DNA from: Alphaproteobacteria bacterium
GTDB taxonomy: Bacteria > Pseudomonadota > Alphaproteobacteria > UBA828
Assembly: GCA_965221125.1 (NCBI GenBank)
Contig: CBDCRW010000007.1
Location: 96,001-160,000 of the forward strand
Direction of reading: 5' to 3'
DNA length: 64,000 nucleotides
The notes under the pieces are model-generated. The model was not told the DNA's origin. It was given only the letters and a program-made list of their open reading frames with translations, and did not search any database. The position numbers and the translations under genes were made by a program. This document shows positions 26,923-37,147 of the stretch, piece by piece; position 1 is the stretch's first letter, and each line of letters starts with the position of its first letter.

Positions 26923-27855
26923 TCAGTGATGCAGCGCGGCCACGATCCCGTGGCCGTTGGCGACGAGGCGCTCCCTGAGCGTGGCGATATGGCCGGGCCC
27001 GATCTCGCAGCAACCGCCGACGATGGACGCGCCCGCGGAGACCCAGCCGAGGGCGTGGCCCGCGTACGCCACCGGGCCGAGATCGTCGCGCGCCTCCAGC
27101 GCCTCCACCGTGCCGCCCGGCTTCATGGCGGCGATGGAGACGAAGCCGTTGGCGTAGGCCCCGAACGGGACCCCAATTTCCGCCAGCAGCGGCATGGCGG
27201 CGCTCACCGCCTCGGGGCTGGAGCAGTTGACGAGCACGGCGTCCGCGCCCGCGTCCACGGCGGCCTGCGCGCCGGCGGCGACCCCCTCGCCGGAGCGCAG
27301 CAGGGTGCCGTCGGCATCGTCCACCGAGAGCGCGGTCCAGACCGGCCTGCCGCTCTCGGCCGCGGCAGAGGTCGCGGCGCGCGCCTCGGCTGCCGACAGC
27401 ATGGTCTCGCACAGGAAGAGGTCCACGCGCTCCGCCTGCACGGCGACGATCTGGCGGTAGTTCGCGAGGCACTCGTCCTCGGGCGGCGTCAGGTCCGCGC
27501 GGTAGCTGCCGACCAGCGGCGGCAGGCAGCCTGCGATCCTGACGGGCTCGCCGCACTTCTCGCGCGCGGATTCGGCTGCGGCGAGGGCCGCGTCGTGCAG
27601 GGCCTCGAATTTCTCGGCCACGCCCTCGCGGATGAGCCTGTGCGGCGTCGCGGTGTAGGTGTTGACCGTGACGATCCGCGCGCCCGCCTCGATGAAGTCG
27701 AGGTGCACGGCCTCGACCAGATGCGGCTCGTCCATCATGACCTGGACGGACCAGAGCGGCGCCGCGGGTATCGTGCTGCGGCGATAGAGTTCCTGCCCCA
27801 CGCCGCCGTCGAGGAGAACGATTTCCGCATTCGTGATCGACGTCGTCTCGGTCAT
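26923..27855 (-). CDS. Homocysteine S-methyltransferase family protein
   Basis: LLDGGVGQEL, PLWS, VNCS and GGCCEIGP zinc motifs. Confidence 0.92.
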   Translation of the reverse strand: MTETTSITNAEIVLLDGGVGQELYRRSTIPAAPLWSVQVMMDEPHLVEAVHLDFIEAGARIVTVNTYTATPHRLIREGVAEKFEALHDAALAAAESAREKCGEPVRIAGCLPPLVGSYRADLTPPEDECLANYRQIVAVQAERVDLFLCETMLSAAEARAATSAAAESGRPVWTALSVDDADGTLLRSGEGVAAGAQAAVDAGADAVLVNCSSPEAVSAAMPLLAEIGVPFGAYANGFVSIAAMKPGGTVEALEARDDLGPVAYAGHALGWVSAGASIVGGCCEIGPGHIATLRERLVANGHGIVAALHH

Positions 27856-28049
27856 GCTTGCGCTCCACCTGCGGGCCGGGGGACAACGCCGCGCCGCCCG
27901 CACCCCGAATTTTCTCTCCGCACGATGATAGCCACCGGCGATCCGCGCAAACAGGCCCGAGCGAGCCTGCGACCGTTGGCCGGGACCCGCGCCGCGTGCG
28001 AGAGTCCGCGCATTGACGCCCCGCCCCTCCACATCGGCAGATCACGACC

Positions 28050-29024
28050 ATGGACTCACTGAACGACCTCTTCACCGTCCACAGGGAAGACTTCGACCGG
28101 CCGGTGCTCGTCACCGGCTCGAGCGGGTGTATCGGGAGCTGGGCGCTCGCGATCCTCGTGCGCGCGGGCGTGCCGGCCGTCTCCTTCGACCTCGACACCA
28201 GCCGCCGCCGGCCGGGGCTCCTGATGTCGGAGGAGGAACTCGCGCAGGTGACCTGGGTGGAAGGCGACATCGCCGACGCCGAGGCCGTGGACCGGGCGGT
28301 GGCGGAGAACGGGGTCGGCGCGATCCTCCATCTCGCCGCCCTGCAGGTGCCCTTCTGCCGCGCGGACCCCGTCCTGGGCGCCCGCGTCAACGTGGTGGGG
28401 ACGGTGGCGGTGTTCGAGGCGGCGCGGCGCCACGGCGTGCGCCGCATCGCCTACGCAAGCTCCATCGCGGCCCACGGCGCGCCTGAGGACAGCCCCTACG
28501 CGCCGACCCTCTACGGCGCCTACAAGGCCTGCGACGAGGCCATCGCGCGGACCTACTGGCAGGACTGGCAGATGCCGAGCATCGCGCTGCGGCCGGGGAT
28601 CGTCTACGGCGTCGGCCGCGACCAGGGCATGACCTCCAAGACCACCGTCGCGATCCTGGCCGCGGCGGCCGGGCGCGACTACGAGGTGCCGTTCACCGGC
28701 GCGGTCTCGTACCTCTACGCGGGCGAGGTCGCGGCGGCGTTCCTCCAGGCCGTGTCGCGGGACGGCGACGGCGCGCCCGCCTTCGACTGCAACGGAACCG
28801 TGGTCCCGGTCGAGGATGCGCTCGCGGTGCTGCGCCGCCTCGCGCCGGGCGCGCGCGTGGCCGCGGTCGGCGAGCCGATACCCTTCCCCATGGAGGACAC
28901 GGACACGCTGCTCCGCGCGCACATCGGCGACTACGGCGCGATCTCGCTGGAAGACGGCACCGCCGAGACCTACCGGGCGTTCCAGATCCTGCTGCAGGAC
29001 GGGCGCGTCTCGGCCGACTTCTGA
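28050..29024 (+). CDS. NAD-dependent epimerase/dehydratase
   Basis: VTGSSGCIG, HLAALQVP, YGAYK, VYGVGRDQG motifs. Confidence 0.9.
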   Translation: MDSLNDLFTVHREDFDRPVLVTGSSGCIGSWALAILVRAGVPAVSFDLDTSRRRPGLLMSEEELAQVTWVEGDIADAEAVDRAVAENGVGAILHLAALQVPFCRADPVLGARVNVVGTVAVFEAARRHGVRRIAYASSIAAHGAPEDSPYAPTLYGAYKACDEAIARTYWQDWQMPSIALRPGIVYGVGRDQGMTSKTTVAILAAAAGRDYEVPFTGAVSYLYAGEVAAAFLQAVSRDGDGAPAFDCNGTVVPVEDALAVLRRLAPGARVAAVGEPIPFPMEDTDTLLRAHIGDYGAISLEDGTAETYRAFQILLQDGRVSADF

Positions 29025-29047
29025 TCCCGCCGCCTGCCCAACCCCCG

Positions 29048-29070
29048 TCAGCCCGCATTCCTCACCAAGG
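29048..29070 (+). repeat. Dispersed 23-bp repeat, copy 1 (TCAGCCCGCATTCCTCACCAAGG)
   Basis: 20/23 identical to copy 2 and 19/23 to copy 3 by manual alignment. Confidence 0.7.
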
Positions 29071-29716
29071 ATTCCCTGAAAGAGAGAACGGAAACATACG
29101 TGCTTTATCAATGGATTATGAACAGATTTCGCGGTTCACGGGAACGCGATTCAGGAAAATGTTCACCAAATAAGCACCGCGAAAAGATTTCAGTCCACTC
29201 CACCAGACTTTCATGTTCCGCCGAGATTCTCGGTCAACCGGGCGCCTGAATTCTTCCTTATCTGCGAGCGGACATCGGCGAAACGACACGGAACTGACCC
29301 CGTTCGTCACCGCCGAGCACGTCCCGATGCTGACCGAAGTGATTGGCGGCTTGTCCCCAGGCGAAGACGACGCGGAGCGCAACCGACCACGGCTCCGAAC
29401 CGAACGCATAGTTCCCGATTCTGCCCTGTTCGGCCCGACTCTGCGCTTCAGAAACTGGCACTTCTCCAGGTCGCGTCAGATCCGCTTCAGCCGCCGTGTC
29501 TGGCGGGTCGGTACTCGCAAACGCCTGGGTGCCGAGCCCTGAATCAACTATTTCGAATCGCCAGTAATCGTCGACAACGACGCAGGCGTGGTCTCCACAG
29601 CGGCCTGATAACGCCTCTCCTGCCCTTGATACCACGCCGTGATCGAGGCAATTCTGGATACGAGCCGGCGCGCGCCGGGGCAGATCGCAGGGGCCGGCGT
29701 CGCCAGGTGCCGTGCC

Positions 29717-30121
29717 TCACGACCCGCATTCTATGGCGCCGTCCTCGTGAATACAGAGCGCCGCGCCGGTCCGGAATGGCGGGTTCGTCATGGCCAGGAC
29801 CGGGATCGCCTCCCAGCCCATCTGACGGGCGACGAGGACCCCGATCGGCAGGATCGCTTCGCGCAGGCCGAGGATCAGCGCGCGCGGGGCCGACCCCTTG
29901 CGCAGCAGCTCCAGGATGACCGAGGCCGACGAGCTGGAGCCGATCGGGCGTGGCAGCACGAGGATCCGCCCGGCGATCCGCTCGCCCCGTTGCGGGTGGC
30001 CGGCGAGGACGACCTCGGAGGTCTCCGGGCTGATCCCGCCCCAGAAACTCACGGGCTCATCCAGGCGCAGGACCGTGCCACGCGCCTGTCCGCCGATCAG
30101 GACATCCGCCCGCCAGCTCAT
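29717..30121 (-). CDS. Aconitase X swivel subunit (DUF126)
   Basis: PVSFWGGI.P, HPQ.GE.IAGRILV.P..IGSSS.S motifs. Confidence 0.9.
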   Translation of the reverse strand: MSWRADVLIGGQARGTVLRLDEPVSFWGGISPETSEVVLAGHPQRGERIAGRILVLPRPIGSSSSASVILELLRKGSAPRALILGLREAILPIGVLVARQMGWEAIPVLAMTNPPFRTGAALCIHEDGAIECGS

Positions 30122-31371
30122 CCCCAGATCTCCCGGTCGCGCACGACTTGACCGGCTTGGGCGCTGCGAATGCAGTCGGAGAGCGTGCCGAACACCGGCC
30201 TGTACCCGGTGTTGCCGAAGGAATAGTAGGCGAACTTCGCGGAGTTGGTCATCATCACGCCGGGGCGCGCGGGTAGGATTGCTGTCACCACGACGCAGGT
30301 GTCGACGACGAACTCGACCCCCAGGTCCTGCAGCGCCTCATAGGCGCCATCCGCCTGCAAACCGTCGAGGATGTGCCGCCCGAGGCAGATGTAGACCGGA
30401 ACCCGGAACTTGCGGCCCCCGGCCAGCGCCAGCACCGCGCGGCATTCCTCGCCGGAGAAGTGCGGGCTGCCGAGAGCGACGCAATCGATCGGACCGGACC
30501 CGGCGAGGCTGAGACGGTCGCGCGCGTCGATGACCATGTTGCGCGTGACCCGGACGGTTTCCTCCGGCGGCCTTCCGCCAAGCGCGGTCGCGGCGTCCGG
30601 CGCCTCGGGCGTGACGCCCACGATGTGAGTCAGCGCCACAGCGCCGGTCGCGGCCGCAGCGGCGCAGAACGCCTTGAGCTGATCCTCGCGCACCGGCCCC
30701 GGTATGCCGTCGACGACGGAGACGGCGTCCCCGGCCAGCCGCCCCACCAGGGCGCCGAGCACGGCGAAGAACGCGTCCTCCCGCAGCAGCGGCTCCGGCA
30801 GCCCCGCAACCTCGAACAGCAGCCGCGCCGCGCGCCTCTCCGGGCAGTGCAGGCCGTAGTAGGGCGCCCGCCCCGCGATCGCGCAGGCGAGGTCCAGGAA
30901 GTCGCCGTAGCGGTTGGTCCGCGCACCGAGCGCCGTGTTGGCGAAGGCGACCGCGTTCGACTCGCCCCAGGCGATCTGCTGGCCCAGCGCCGGGCGCGCC
31001 TGCGTCTGGTAGGGCGCGCAGGTCCAGCTCGGGATGCAGCCCATGCGCTGGTGCGCCATCATCAGGCGGTACGCCATCCCGCGCCGCTCGTTCGGCAGCG
31101 TGACCTGGTCCGCCTTCAGGAGGTTGAGCGAGCCGACGTTGGTGGTCGCGGGCACCGCCACGCGCGCGCCTTCCTCCGCCAGCTTCTCGCAGTACAGGAC
31201 CCCGGCATCGCCGTGATAGAGGCACCCGTCGATATGGCTGGAGACGATGGGGATCAGGCGGTCCGCCCCCATCATCCGGCCCGCCTCGACGACGATCTCC
31301 ATCGCCATGCGCGCGCCCTCGGGTCCGTCCGCGCCGGAGAGCACGCCCCGTTCGTGATCGCTGAGCTTCAT
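30118..31371 (-). CDS. Aconitase X catalytic subunit (DUF521)
   Basis: HIDGC.Y.G, WTCAPY, WGESNAV..AN, GSPH.S, DTC and TNSAK motifs. Confidence 0.92.
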   Translation of the reverse strand: MKLSDHERGVLSGADGPEGARMAMEIVVEAGRMMGADRLIPIVSSHIDGCLYHGDAGVLYCEKLAEEGARVAVPATTNVGSLNLLKADQVTLPNERRGMAYRLMMAHQRMGCIPSWTCAPYQTQARPALGQQIAWGESNAVAFANTALGARTNRYGDFLDLACAIAGRAPYYGLHCPERRAARLLFEVAGLPEPLLREDAFFAVLGALVGRLAGDAVSVVDGIPGPVREDQLKAFCAAAAATGAVALTHIVGVTPEAPDAATALGGRPPEETVRVTRNMVIDARDRLSLAGSGPIDCVALGSPHFSGEECRAVLALAGGRKFRVPVYICLGRHILDGLQADGAYEALQDLGVEFVVDTCVVVTAILPARPGVMMTNSAKFAYYSFGNTGYRPVFGTLSDCIRSAQAGQVVRDREIWG

Positions 31372-32336
31372 GCGCGTTCGGCCATGGCGTCGAGCGCTTC
31401 GACCATCGCCGCGGCCATGCCGGGCTCGTCGGTCATGTGCCCGCCGTGCTCGACGATCTTCAACTCGGCGCGCGGCCATGCCTGCTTCAGGCGCCAGGCC
31501 TCGCGCACCGGCGTGCACATGTCGTAGCGGCCCTGGACGATGGTGCCGGGAATGTCGCGGATGGCGGCGCAGCGCGAGAGCACGTGGTCGTCGCCCTCGA
31601 GGAAGCAGCGGTTCTCGAAATAGTGGCTGAGGATGCGGCCGTAGTTTTCCGCGTGGTCAACACCGCTGATCTCGGCGAGACCGCCCTGGCGGGAATGGAA
31701 ATAGACCATGGAGGTCTCCCATTCGCCGAGCGCGCGCGCCGCAGCCGCAGCGGCAGCGGGATCGGTGCCGCCGATCCTGCGATAGACCGCAGCTTCCAGG
31801 TCCTCCCGCTCCTCGGACGTGAAGTGGCCGACGAATTCCTCCCAGGCCTCCGGCTGGACCATGTTGGCGCCGAACTCGAAGAACCAGCGCCGGGTCATCG
31901 CGTCGGCGAGCCACACGCTCCAGACCACGATGCCCGTCACGCTCCCTGGATACGTCTGGGCATAGAGCAGGGAGAGTGTGGAGCCCCAGGAGCCACCCAC
32001 CACCAGCCACTTATCGATGCCGAGGTGCCGGCGGAGGGTCTCGATGTCGTCCACCAGGTGCCACGTCGTGTTGTTGCGAATGTCGCCCGTGGGCGTGCTG
32101 CGCCCGGCGCCGCGCTGGTCGAAGGCGATAAGCCGGTAGCGGTCGGGATCGAACAGGCGGCGGTGGCGGTCCTCGATGCGGCTGCCGGGGCCGCCGTGCA
32201 GGACCACGGCGGGCGTTCCGGCGGGATTGCCGATCTCCTCGACATGGAGCTCGTGCCCGTCCCCCACGGGCAAGCGGAAGGTGCGAAGGGGCACAGGCGC
32301 CGGATAGACGATGTGGTCGATGTCGGGGGCGGCCAT
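31368..32336 (-). CDS. pip: Proline iminopeptidase-like S33 alpha/beta hydrolase
   Basis: HGGPG, FDQRGAGRS, NTTWHLV.DIE, GGSWG, GRYD and GGH catalytic motifs. Confidence 0.85.
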   Translation of the reverse strand: MAAPDIDHIVYPAPVPLRTFRLPVGDGHELHVEEIGNPAGTPAVVLHGGPGSRIEDRHRRLFDPDRYRLIAFDQRGAGRSTPTGDIRNNTTWHLVDDIETLRRHLGIDKWLVVGGSWGSTLSLLYAQTYPGSVTGIVVWSVWLADAMTRRWFFEFGANMVQPEAWEEFVGHFTSEEREDLEAAVYRRIGGTDPAAAAAAARALGEWETSMVYFHSRQGGLAEISGVDHAENYGRILSHYFENRCFLEGDDHVLSRCAAIRDIPGTIVQGRYDMCTPVREAWRLKQAWPRAELKIVEHGGHMTDEPGMAAAMVEALDAMAERA

Positions 32337-32351
32337 GAGCAGCTCCGCGAG

Positions 32352-33335
32352 TCAGTGGGGGATCGCCGGGCCGTTCTTCGCCGGCAGCACGCAGGCCACG
32401 CGATGCCTCGGCCCAAGCTCGACGACCGGCGGGGCGCTGCGGCACGCGGTCTCGGCGAACTCGCAGCGGGGGTGGAAGCGGCATCCGCTCGGCGCCACCG
32501 TGTAGTCCGGCACCATGCCCTCTATGGGGCGCGGCAGCCCGGCCCCGCTGAGCTTGGGAACGGCCGCCAGGAGCGCCTGCGTATAGGGGTGCGCCGGCTC
32601 GCGGAACAGGGTCTCGACGTCCGCCTCCTCGACGATGGTGCCGGCGTACATCACGTAGACCCTCTGCGCGAACTCACGCACCACGCCGAGGTTGTGGGTG
32701 ATGAGCAGCACCGCTGCGCCCGCGTCCTGGGTCAATTCGTGCATCAGCCTCAAGGTCTGTTCCTGCACCGTCACGTCGAGCGCCGATCCCGGCTCGTCCG
32801 CCAGCACCAGCTCGGGGCGGTTCACCAGCGCCATGGTGATCATCACCCGCTGCGCCAGGCCGCCCGAGAGCTGAAACGGATAGGCGGCAAGGACGCGGTC
32901 GGGATCGACGATCGCCACCCGCCGCAGCCCTGCGCACGCGATCTCGTAGGCCTCCCGCGACGAGCCGGCGCGCCCGCCGCGCCGGATGACCTTGAGGAGC
33001 TGGTCGCGCACCTTGAAGGTCGGGTTGAGAGAGGCCATCGGGTCCTGGAAGATCATCGAGATGCGGCTGCCGCGGATGCCGCGCCACGCGCGCTCCGGCA
33101 TGCCCAGCAGCTCGGTCTCGTGGAACCGGATCGAGCCTTCGATCGAGACGTTCCTCTGCTGCAGCAGCCCAAGGATCGCGCGTACGGTCACCGATTTTCC
33201 GCACCCGGATTCGCCGACGATCGCCACCCGCTCGCCCTGCTCGATGGAAAGGCTGATCCCGTTGAGCACGTGAGAGAGCCCCTCGAAGAGCGAGAACCTC
33301 ATGTGCAGGTCGCGGACTTCGAGGAGCGGCGCCAT
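32352..33335 (-). CDS. Oligopeptide ABC transporter ATP-binding protein (OppD/DppD)
   Basis: GESGCGKS, LSGG, ADEP, HPYT and C-terminal GCRFHPRC. Confidence 0.95.
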   Translation of the reverse strand: MAPLLEVRDLHMRFSLFEGLSHVLNGISLSIEQGERVAIVGESGCGKSVTVRAILGLLQQRNVSIEGSIRFHETELLGMPERAWRGIRGSRISMIFQDPMASLNPTFKVRDQLLKVIRRGGRAGSSREAYEIACAGLRRVAIVDPDRVLAAYPFQLSGGLAQRVMITMALVNRPELVLADEPGSALDVTVQEQTLRLMHELTQDAGAAVLLITHNLGVVREFAQRVYVMYAGTIVEEADVETLFREPAHPYTQALLAAVPKLSGAGLPRPIEGMVPDYTVAPSGCRFHPRCEFAETACRSAPPVVELGPRHRVACVLPAKNGPAIPH

Positions 33336-33337
33336 GG

Positions 33338-34201
33338 CTAGAGATTCACGTCCAGCATGTCGCGCAGGCCATCGCCCAACAGATTGAAGCCCAGCACGAT
33401 GATCAGAATCGCGAGGCCGGGAAAGACCGGCTTCCACCAGAGATCCGGCAGGTAGTGCGCCCCGTCGGCCACCATCTGGCCGAGATCGGGGGTCGGCGGC
33501 TGCACGCCGAGGCCGAGGAAGCTCAGCGCCGACGCGACCAGAATCACGAACCCCATGTCGAGCGTGACCTTGGTCAGGATGGAGGGCACGCAATTGGGGA
33601 GGATTTCGCGAAGCATGATGTGCGCGTTCGAGGCCCCGATCACCTGGCAAGCGACGACGAAGTCCTCGGTGCGCACCGAGCGCGTGATGTTGTAGGCGAG
33701 CCGCGTGTGCCATGGCCACCAGAGCCCAGCGACGGCGATCATGGCGTTGATCAGCGTGGGCTCCAGGAACCCCATGATGGCGAGCGCCGCGACCAGCGCC
33801 GGGATCGCCAGGAAGATGTCGGTGACGCGCATGATGATCGTTTCTGTCCAGCCGCCGTAATAGCCGGCCAGGAGGCCCAGACCGACACCGAGCGGCACCG
33901 CGATCGCGAGCACGACCACACCCAGGACGAGCGATATGCGGAAGCCGTAGATGATCCGTGTCAGGTAATCGCGGCCGACCCCGTCGGTCCCCAGCCAGTA
34001 CCGGCCATCCGGCGCGCGGTCGGAATTGGCGAAATCGACCAGTCCTCCGGCGTGCTCGGGGAACGGCGTGACGAAAGGCGCGAAGATGGCGAGCAGGGTC
34101 ACCGCGAGGACAATGGTGGCGCCGGTCACCGACAAGGGATTGCGGCTGAAGCGGTACCACGCGCGGGTGCGAAAGATCGCTGTGGAGGCGAACGCGTTCA
34201 T
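33338..34201 (-). CDS. Oligopeptide ABC permease (OppC/DppC)
   Basis: LGTD..GRD, LSFLGLG.QPP.PD.G motifs. Confidence 0.95.
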   Translation of the reverse strand: MNAFASTAIFRTRAWYRFSRNPLSVTGATIVLAVTLLAIFAPFVTPFPEHAGGLVDFANSDRAPDGRYWLGTDGVGRDYLTRIIYGFRISLVLGVVVLAIAVPLGVGLGLLAGYYGGWTETIIMRVTDIFLAIPALVAALAIMGFLEPTLINAMIAVAGLWWPWHTRLAYNITRSVRTEDFVVACQVIGASNAHIMLREILPNCVPSILTKVTLDMGFVILVASALSFLGLGVQPPTPDLGQMVADGAHYLPDLWWKPVFPGLAILIIVLGFNLLGDGLRDMLDVNL

Positions 34202-35220
34202 CGCGCGGCCAGACGAACCCGCGGATTGAGGTAGGCCACCACCAGATCGATGATCACGTTGACGATCAGGAAGAAGGTGGCGATGACCAGAACGGTCCCG
34301 ATGATGCCGTTCAGGTCCTTGTGCATGATCGCGTCGACCCCATAGCGCGCCATGCCGCCGATGCCGAACACCATCTCGACGAGGAAGGCGTTGCCCAGCA
34401 TCACCGAGAAGTCGAGGCCGAGAATGGTCAGCGTCGGAATCATGGCCGGCTTCAGCGCGTACTTGAAGGCCACCTCCTGCGGGCCGAAGTTGTAGGCGCG
34501 TGCGAATTCGGAATAAGGCCGCTGGAAGCTCTCGATCATGTTGGTGCGGGTGAGCCGGGCCGCCTGGCCCAGCCCGGTCAGCGCCAGGGCGAAGGAAGGA
34601 AGAATCAGGTGGAGGGCCGCATCCGCGAATATCGCGAGCTGCCCCGCCGCCAGGGCGTCGATCGTGTACATGCCCGTGATTCTGGGGGGCGGCGTCACGC
34701 CGTCGCTCAATCGGCCGATCGTCGGGAACAGATCGAGCGCGTAGGCGAACGCCAGCATCAGGAAGATCGCCCATACGAAGGTGGGCGTCACGACGCCGAG
34801 CAGCGCCACGACGCGCGCGACGTTGTCGGTCAGCCCGTCGCGATGGCGCGCCGACAAAATCCCCAGAGGCACGCCGATCAGGACCATGAAGAGGCCGGAG
34901 AGCAGCACGAGTTCGAATGTCGCGGGGAAGAACTCGACAATGTCGATCGACACCGCCCGGTTGGTGTAGATCGACATTCCGAGGTCGCCTTCGGTGAGCA
35001 GGCCCTTGATGAAGTGGTAGTACTGAACCGGGAGCGACTCATCGAGGTGGAGGCGCCGGCGCAGCATCTCGACCATCTCGGGGGTCGCCCGGGGCCCGGC
35101 CGCGATCCTCGCCGTGTCGCCCGGGATCAGGCGCGCCAGCAGAAAAATGACGATGGAGACCCCGATCAGCACGATGATCGAGGCGACGAACCGCCGCGAC
35201 AGGTAGCGGCCGACGCTCAC
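34198..35220 (-). CDS. Oligopeptide ABC permease (OppB/DppB)
   Basis: PGD.A, GDLG.S, PAT.EL, HLILP and LVE.VF motifs. Confidence 0.95.
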   Translation of the reverse strand: MSVGRYLSRRFVASIIVLIGVSIVIFLLARLIPGDTARIAAGPRATPEMVEMLRRRLHLDESLPVQYYHFIKGLLTEGDLGMSIYTNRAVSIDIVEFFPATFELVLLSGLFMVLIGVPLGILSARHRDGLTDNVARVVALLGVVTPTFVWAIFLMLAFAYALDLFPTIGRLSDGVTPPPRITGMYTIDALAAGQLAIFADAALHLILPSFALALTGLGQAARLTRTNMIESFQRPYSEFARAYNFGPQEVAFKYALKPAMIPTLTILGLDFSVMLGNAFLVEMVFGIGGMARYGVDAIMHKDLNGIIGTVLVIATFFLIVNVIIDLVVAYLNPRVRLAAR

Positions 35221-35351
35221 GAACCCTGCCTCATGATTTCTTCAGGAGAAGATCGCGGCGCTCGCGACGGCACAATTGCCGCCCGGAACGTGTCGGGCGG
35301 CCGGGGCGGCCGGAGCGGTGAAGGTCCGGACCGTCCCGGCGATCGTCCCAA

Positions 35352-36947
35352 CTACATTGCGTCGCCGACCTGCCAGGTGTGGAAGCGGAAGTTCCCGCCC
35401 ATCACCGGCACGGTCTTGGAGTCGTCGTCGAGCGGCGGCGCGCCGATATGTGCGCCCTTCGCGAAGACGGCGTCGAACTCGAAGGCGTAGATAGCCGGCG
35501 CGACGTCGAGGATCCGGCGCTGAAGCTGCTTCAGCACGTCGGCCCTCTTGTTGATGTCGAGCTCGACCCTCGACGCTTCGATCAGGCCGTCCACCTCGGC
35601 ATCGTCCAGCCACCACATCGAGAGGTAAGACCCTCGCATGCTCGAGTGGTAGTCGCCGAGCAGCGAAATCGGATCCGAGTAGGTCGCCGAGAACATCAGG
35701 AGCCCGACATGCGGCGTGTCTTCCACGGTCGCGGCACGGTCGGAGAAGCGCACCCACGGGTTCTTGGTGATCTTGGCCTTGATACCGATCTGCGAGAGAT
35801 CGTACTGCAGCTGCAGCATGATCTTCTCTTCCATCGGAACCTCCGCGACCCAGGCGAGCTCGACCTCGTAGTCACCGGCGGAGTCGGCGTACTTGGACTG
35901 GGCCAGCTCTGCGCGCGCCCTCTCGAGGTCCTGCTTGAACGCAGGCGCGTCGCGATCGTAGCCGAACATGGCGCGCGGGATGGCGGTGCGGGTCGGATTT
36001 CCTGCATAGAGGTCGTCGGTGACCTTCACGATGTTGGCGAACGCGTCGTAGTTGAGCGCGTACACCATGGCGCGCCGGAAGTGCACGTCGTCGGTCGGCG
36101 CTTTCTGCGTATTGATGGGCAGGACCACGTAGCCGACGCCCTTCTCGGTGGTGAGCGCCACATTGTCGAGCCCGGCGAGGCCACCGAACGTCTCGTAGGG
36201 ATGCCACTGCATGGACAAATCCAGCTCGCTGTTGGCCATCAGCGTGCGCATGGTCGCGGCGCTGAGGCCGTAGCGAATCTGGACCGTCTCCGGCGCCAGC
36301 GGATCGAAGGCATCGAAATAGTCGGGGAAGGCCTTCAGGATCGTGAGCTCCTGCATGTTGTGGGACTCGACCGTGTACGCTCCGGAGCCTGCATCGTTGC
36401 CCGAGAGGAAGGCGGAGCTGTAGTCGCCGTTCTCGCCGAAATCGCCCTCCTGCTGGTTGGCCTTGGCGAGATCGCTGTTCACGATCGCGAGCCTGGGCAG
36501 CGTCGCCAGGAACGCGGCGTTGGACGCGGGCAGCGTGATCCGAGCGGTGCGATCGTCCACGACGGTGGCCGTGAGGCCAACGAACAGGTTCGCATAGGCC
36601 TGGCCGACCGCCTGGGTGCGGGCGAGCGAGTAGACGACATCGTGGGCGTCGACCACGGACCCGTCATGGAACTTCGCGTCCCGCATCGTGAACGTGTAGT
36701 TCAGGCCGTCGTCGCTCACTTCCCAGGACTCGGCAAGCAATCCAGTAAAGGTGCCGTCGGGATTCGGCCAGACAAGACTGTCGTAAACATTGAAGTTGAT
36801 GATCGAGTCGATGTAATCGATCGCCTTGTGGGGATCGAGTTCGCCGATCGGCACTTCCTCGATACGCAGTACCCGTTCTGCCAAGGCGGAACTTGCAGTT
36901 ACAACGAACGCCATTGCAACCGCGATTCCTATGACAAGTGATCTCAT
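35352..36947 (-). CDS. Family 5 ABC substrate-binding protein
   Basis: Signal peptide; LDPH, VYDSLV, LAESWEVS.DG, KFHDG, GSG.Y motifs. Confidence 0.93.
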   Translation of the reverse strand: MRSLVIGIAVAMAFVVTASSALAERVLRIEEVPIGELDPHKAIDYIDSIINFNVYDSLVWPNPDGTFTGLLAESWEVSDDGLNYTFTMRDAKFHDGSVVDAHDVVYSLARTQAVGQAYANLFVGLTATVVDDRTARITLPASNAAFLATLPRLAIVNSDLAKANQQEGDFGENGDYSSAFLSGNDAGSGAYTVESHNMQELTILKAFPDYFDAFDPLAPETVQIRYGLSAATMRTLMANSELDLSMQWHPYETFGGLAGLDNVALTTEKGVGYVVLPINTQKAPTDDVHFRRAMVYALNYDAFANIVKVTDDLYAGNPTRTAIPRAMFGYDRDAPAFKQDLERARAELAQSKYADSAGDYEVELAWVAEVPMEEKIMLQLQYDLSQIGIKAKITKNPWVRFSDRAATVEDTPHVGLLMFSATYSDPISLLGDYHSSMRGSYLSMWWLDDAEVDGLIEASRVELDINKRADVLKQLQRRILDVAPAIYAFEFDAVFAKGAHIGAPPLDDDSKTVPVMGGNFRFHTWQVGDAM

Positions 36948-37116
36948 ATCCTCTTTCCCTCCCTGTATTCTACTGGGTCTCACGCATGAAAAGGCTGCGC
37001 AAAGTGTGCCACAGCGGCGAAGGACCAAGCAAGCAGGGCGATGCCTGGAGACCTTCGCCCGCGCCCGCAGACTGCAAAGATCGACCGCCGGGATTGCGCT
37101 GTGTTAGCCTGTCGCG

Positions 37117-37129
37117 CTGGTCTGACCAG
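37117..37129. promoter_or_regulatory. GntR/FadR-type operator CTGGTCTGACCAG
   Basis: Perfect palindrome around a central base, matching TGGTC-N-GACCA, in the divergent intergenic region. Confidence 0.55.
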
Positions 37130-37147
37130 ATGGCGGAGGGAGGCGAG

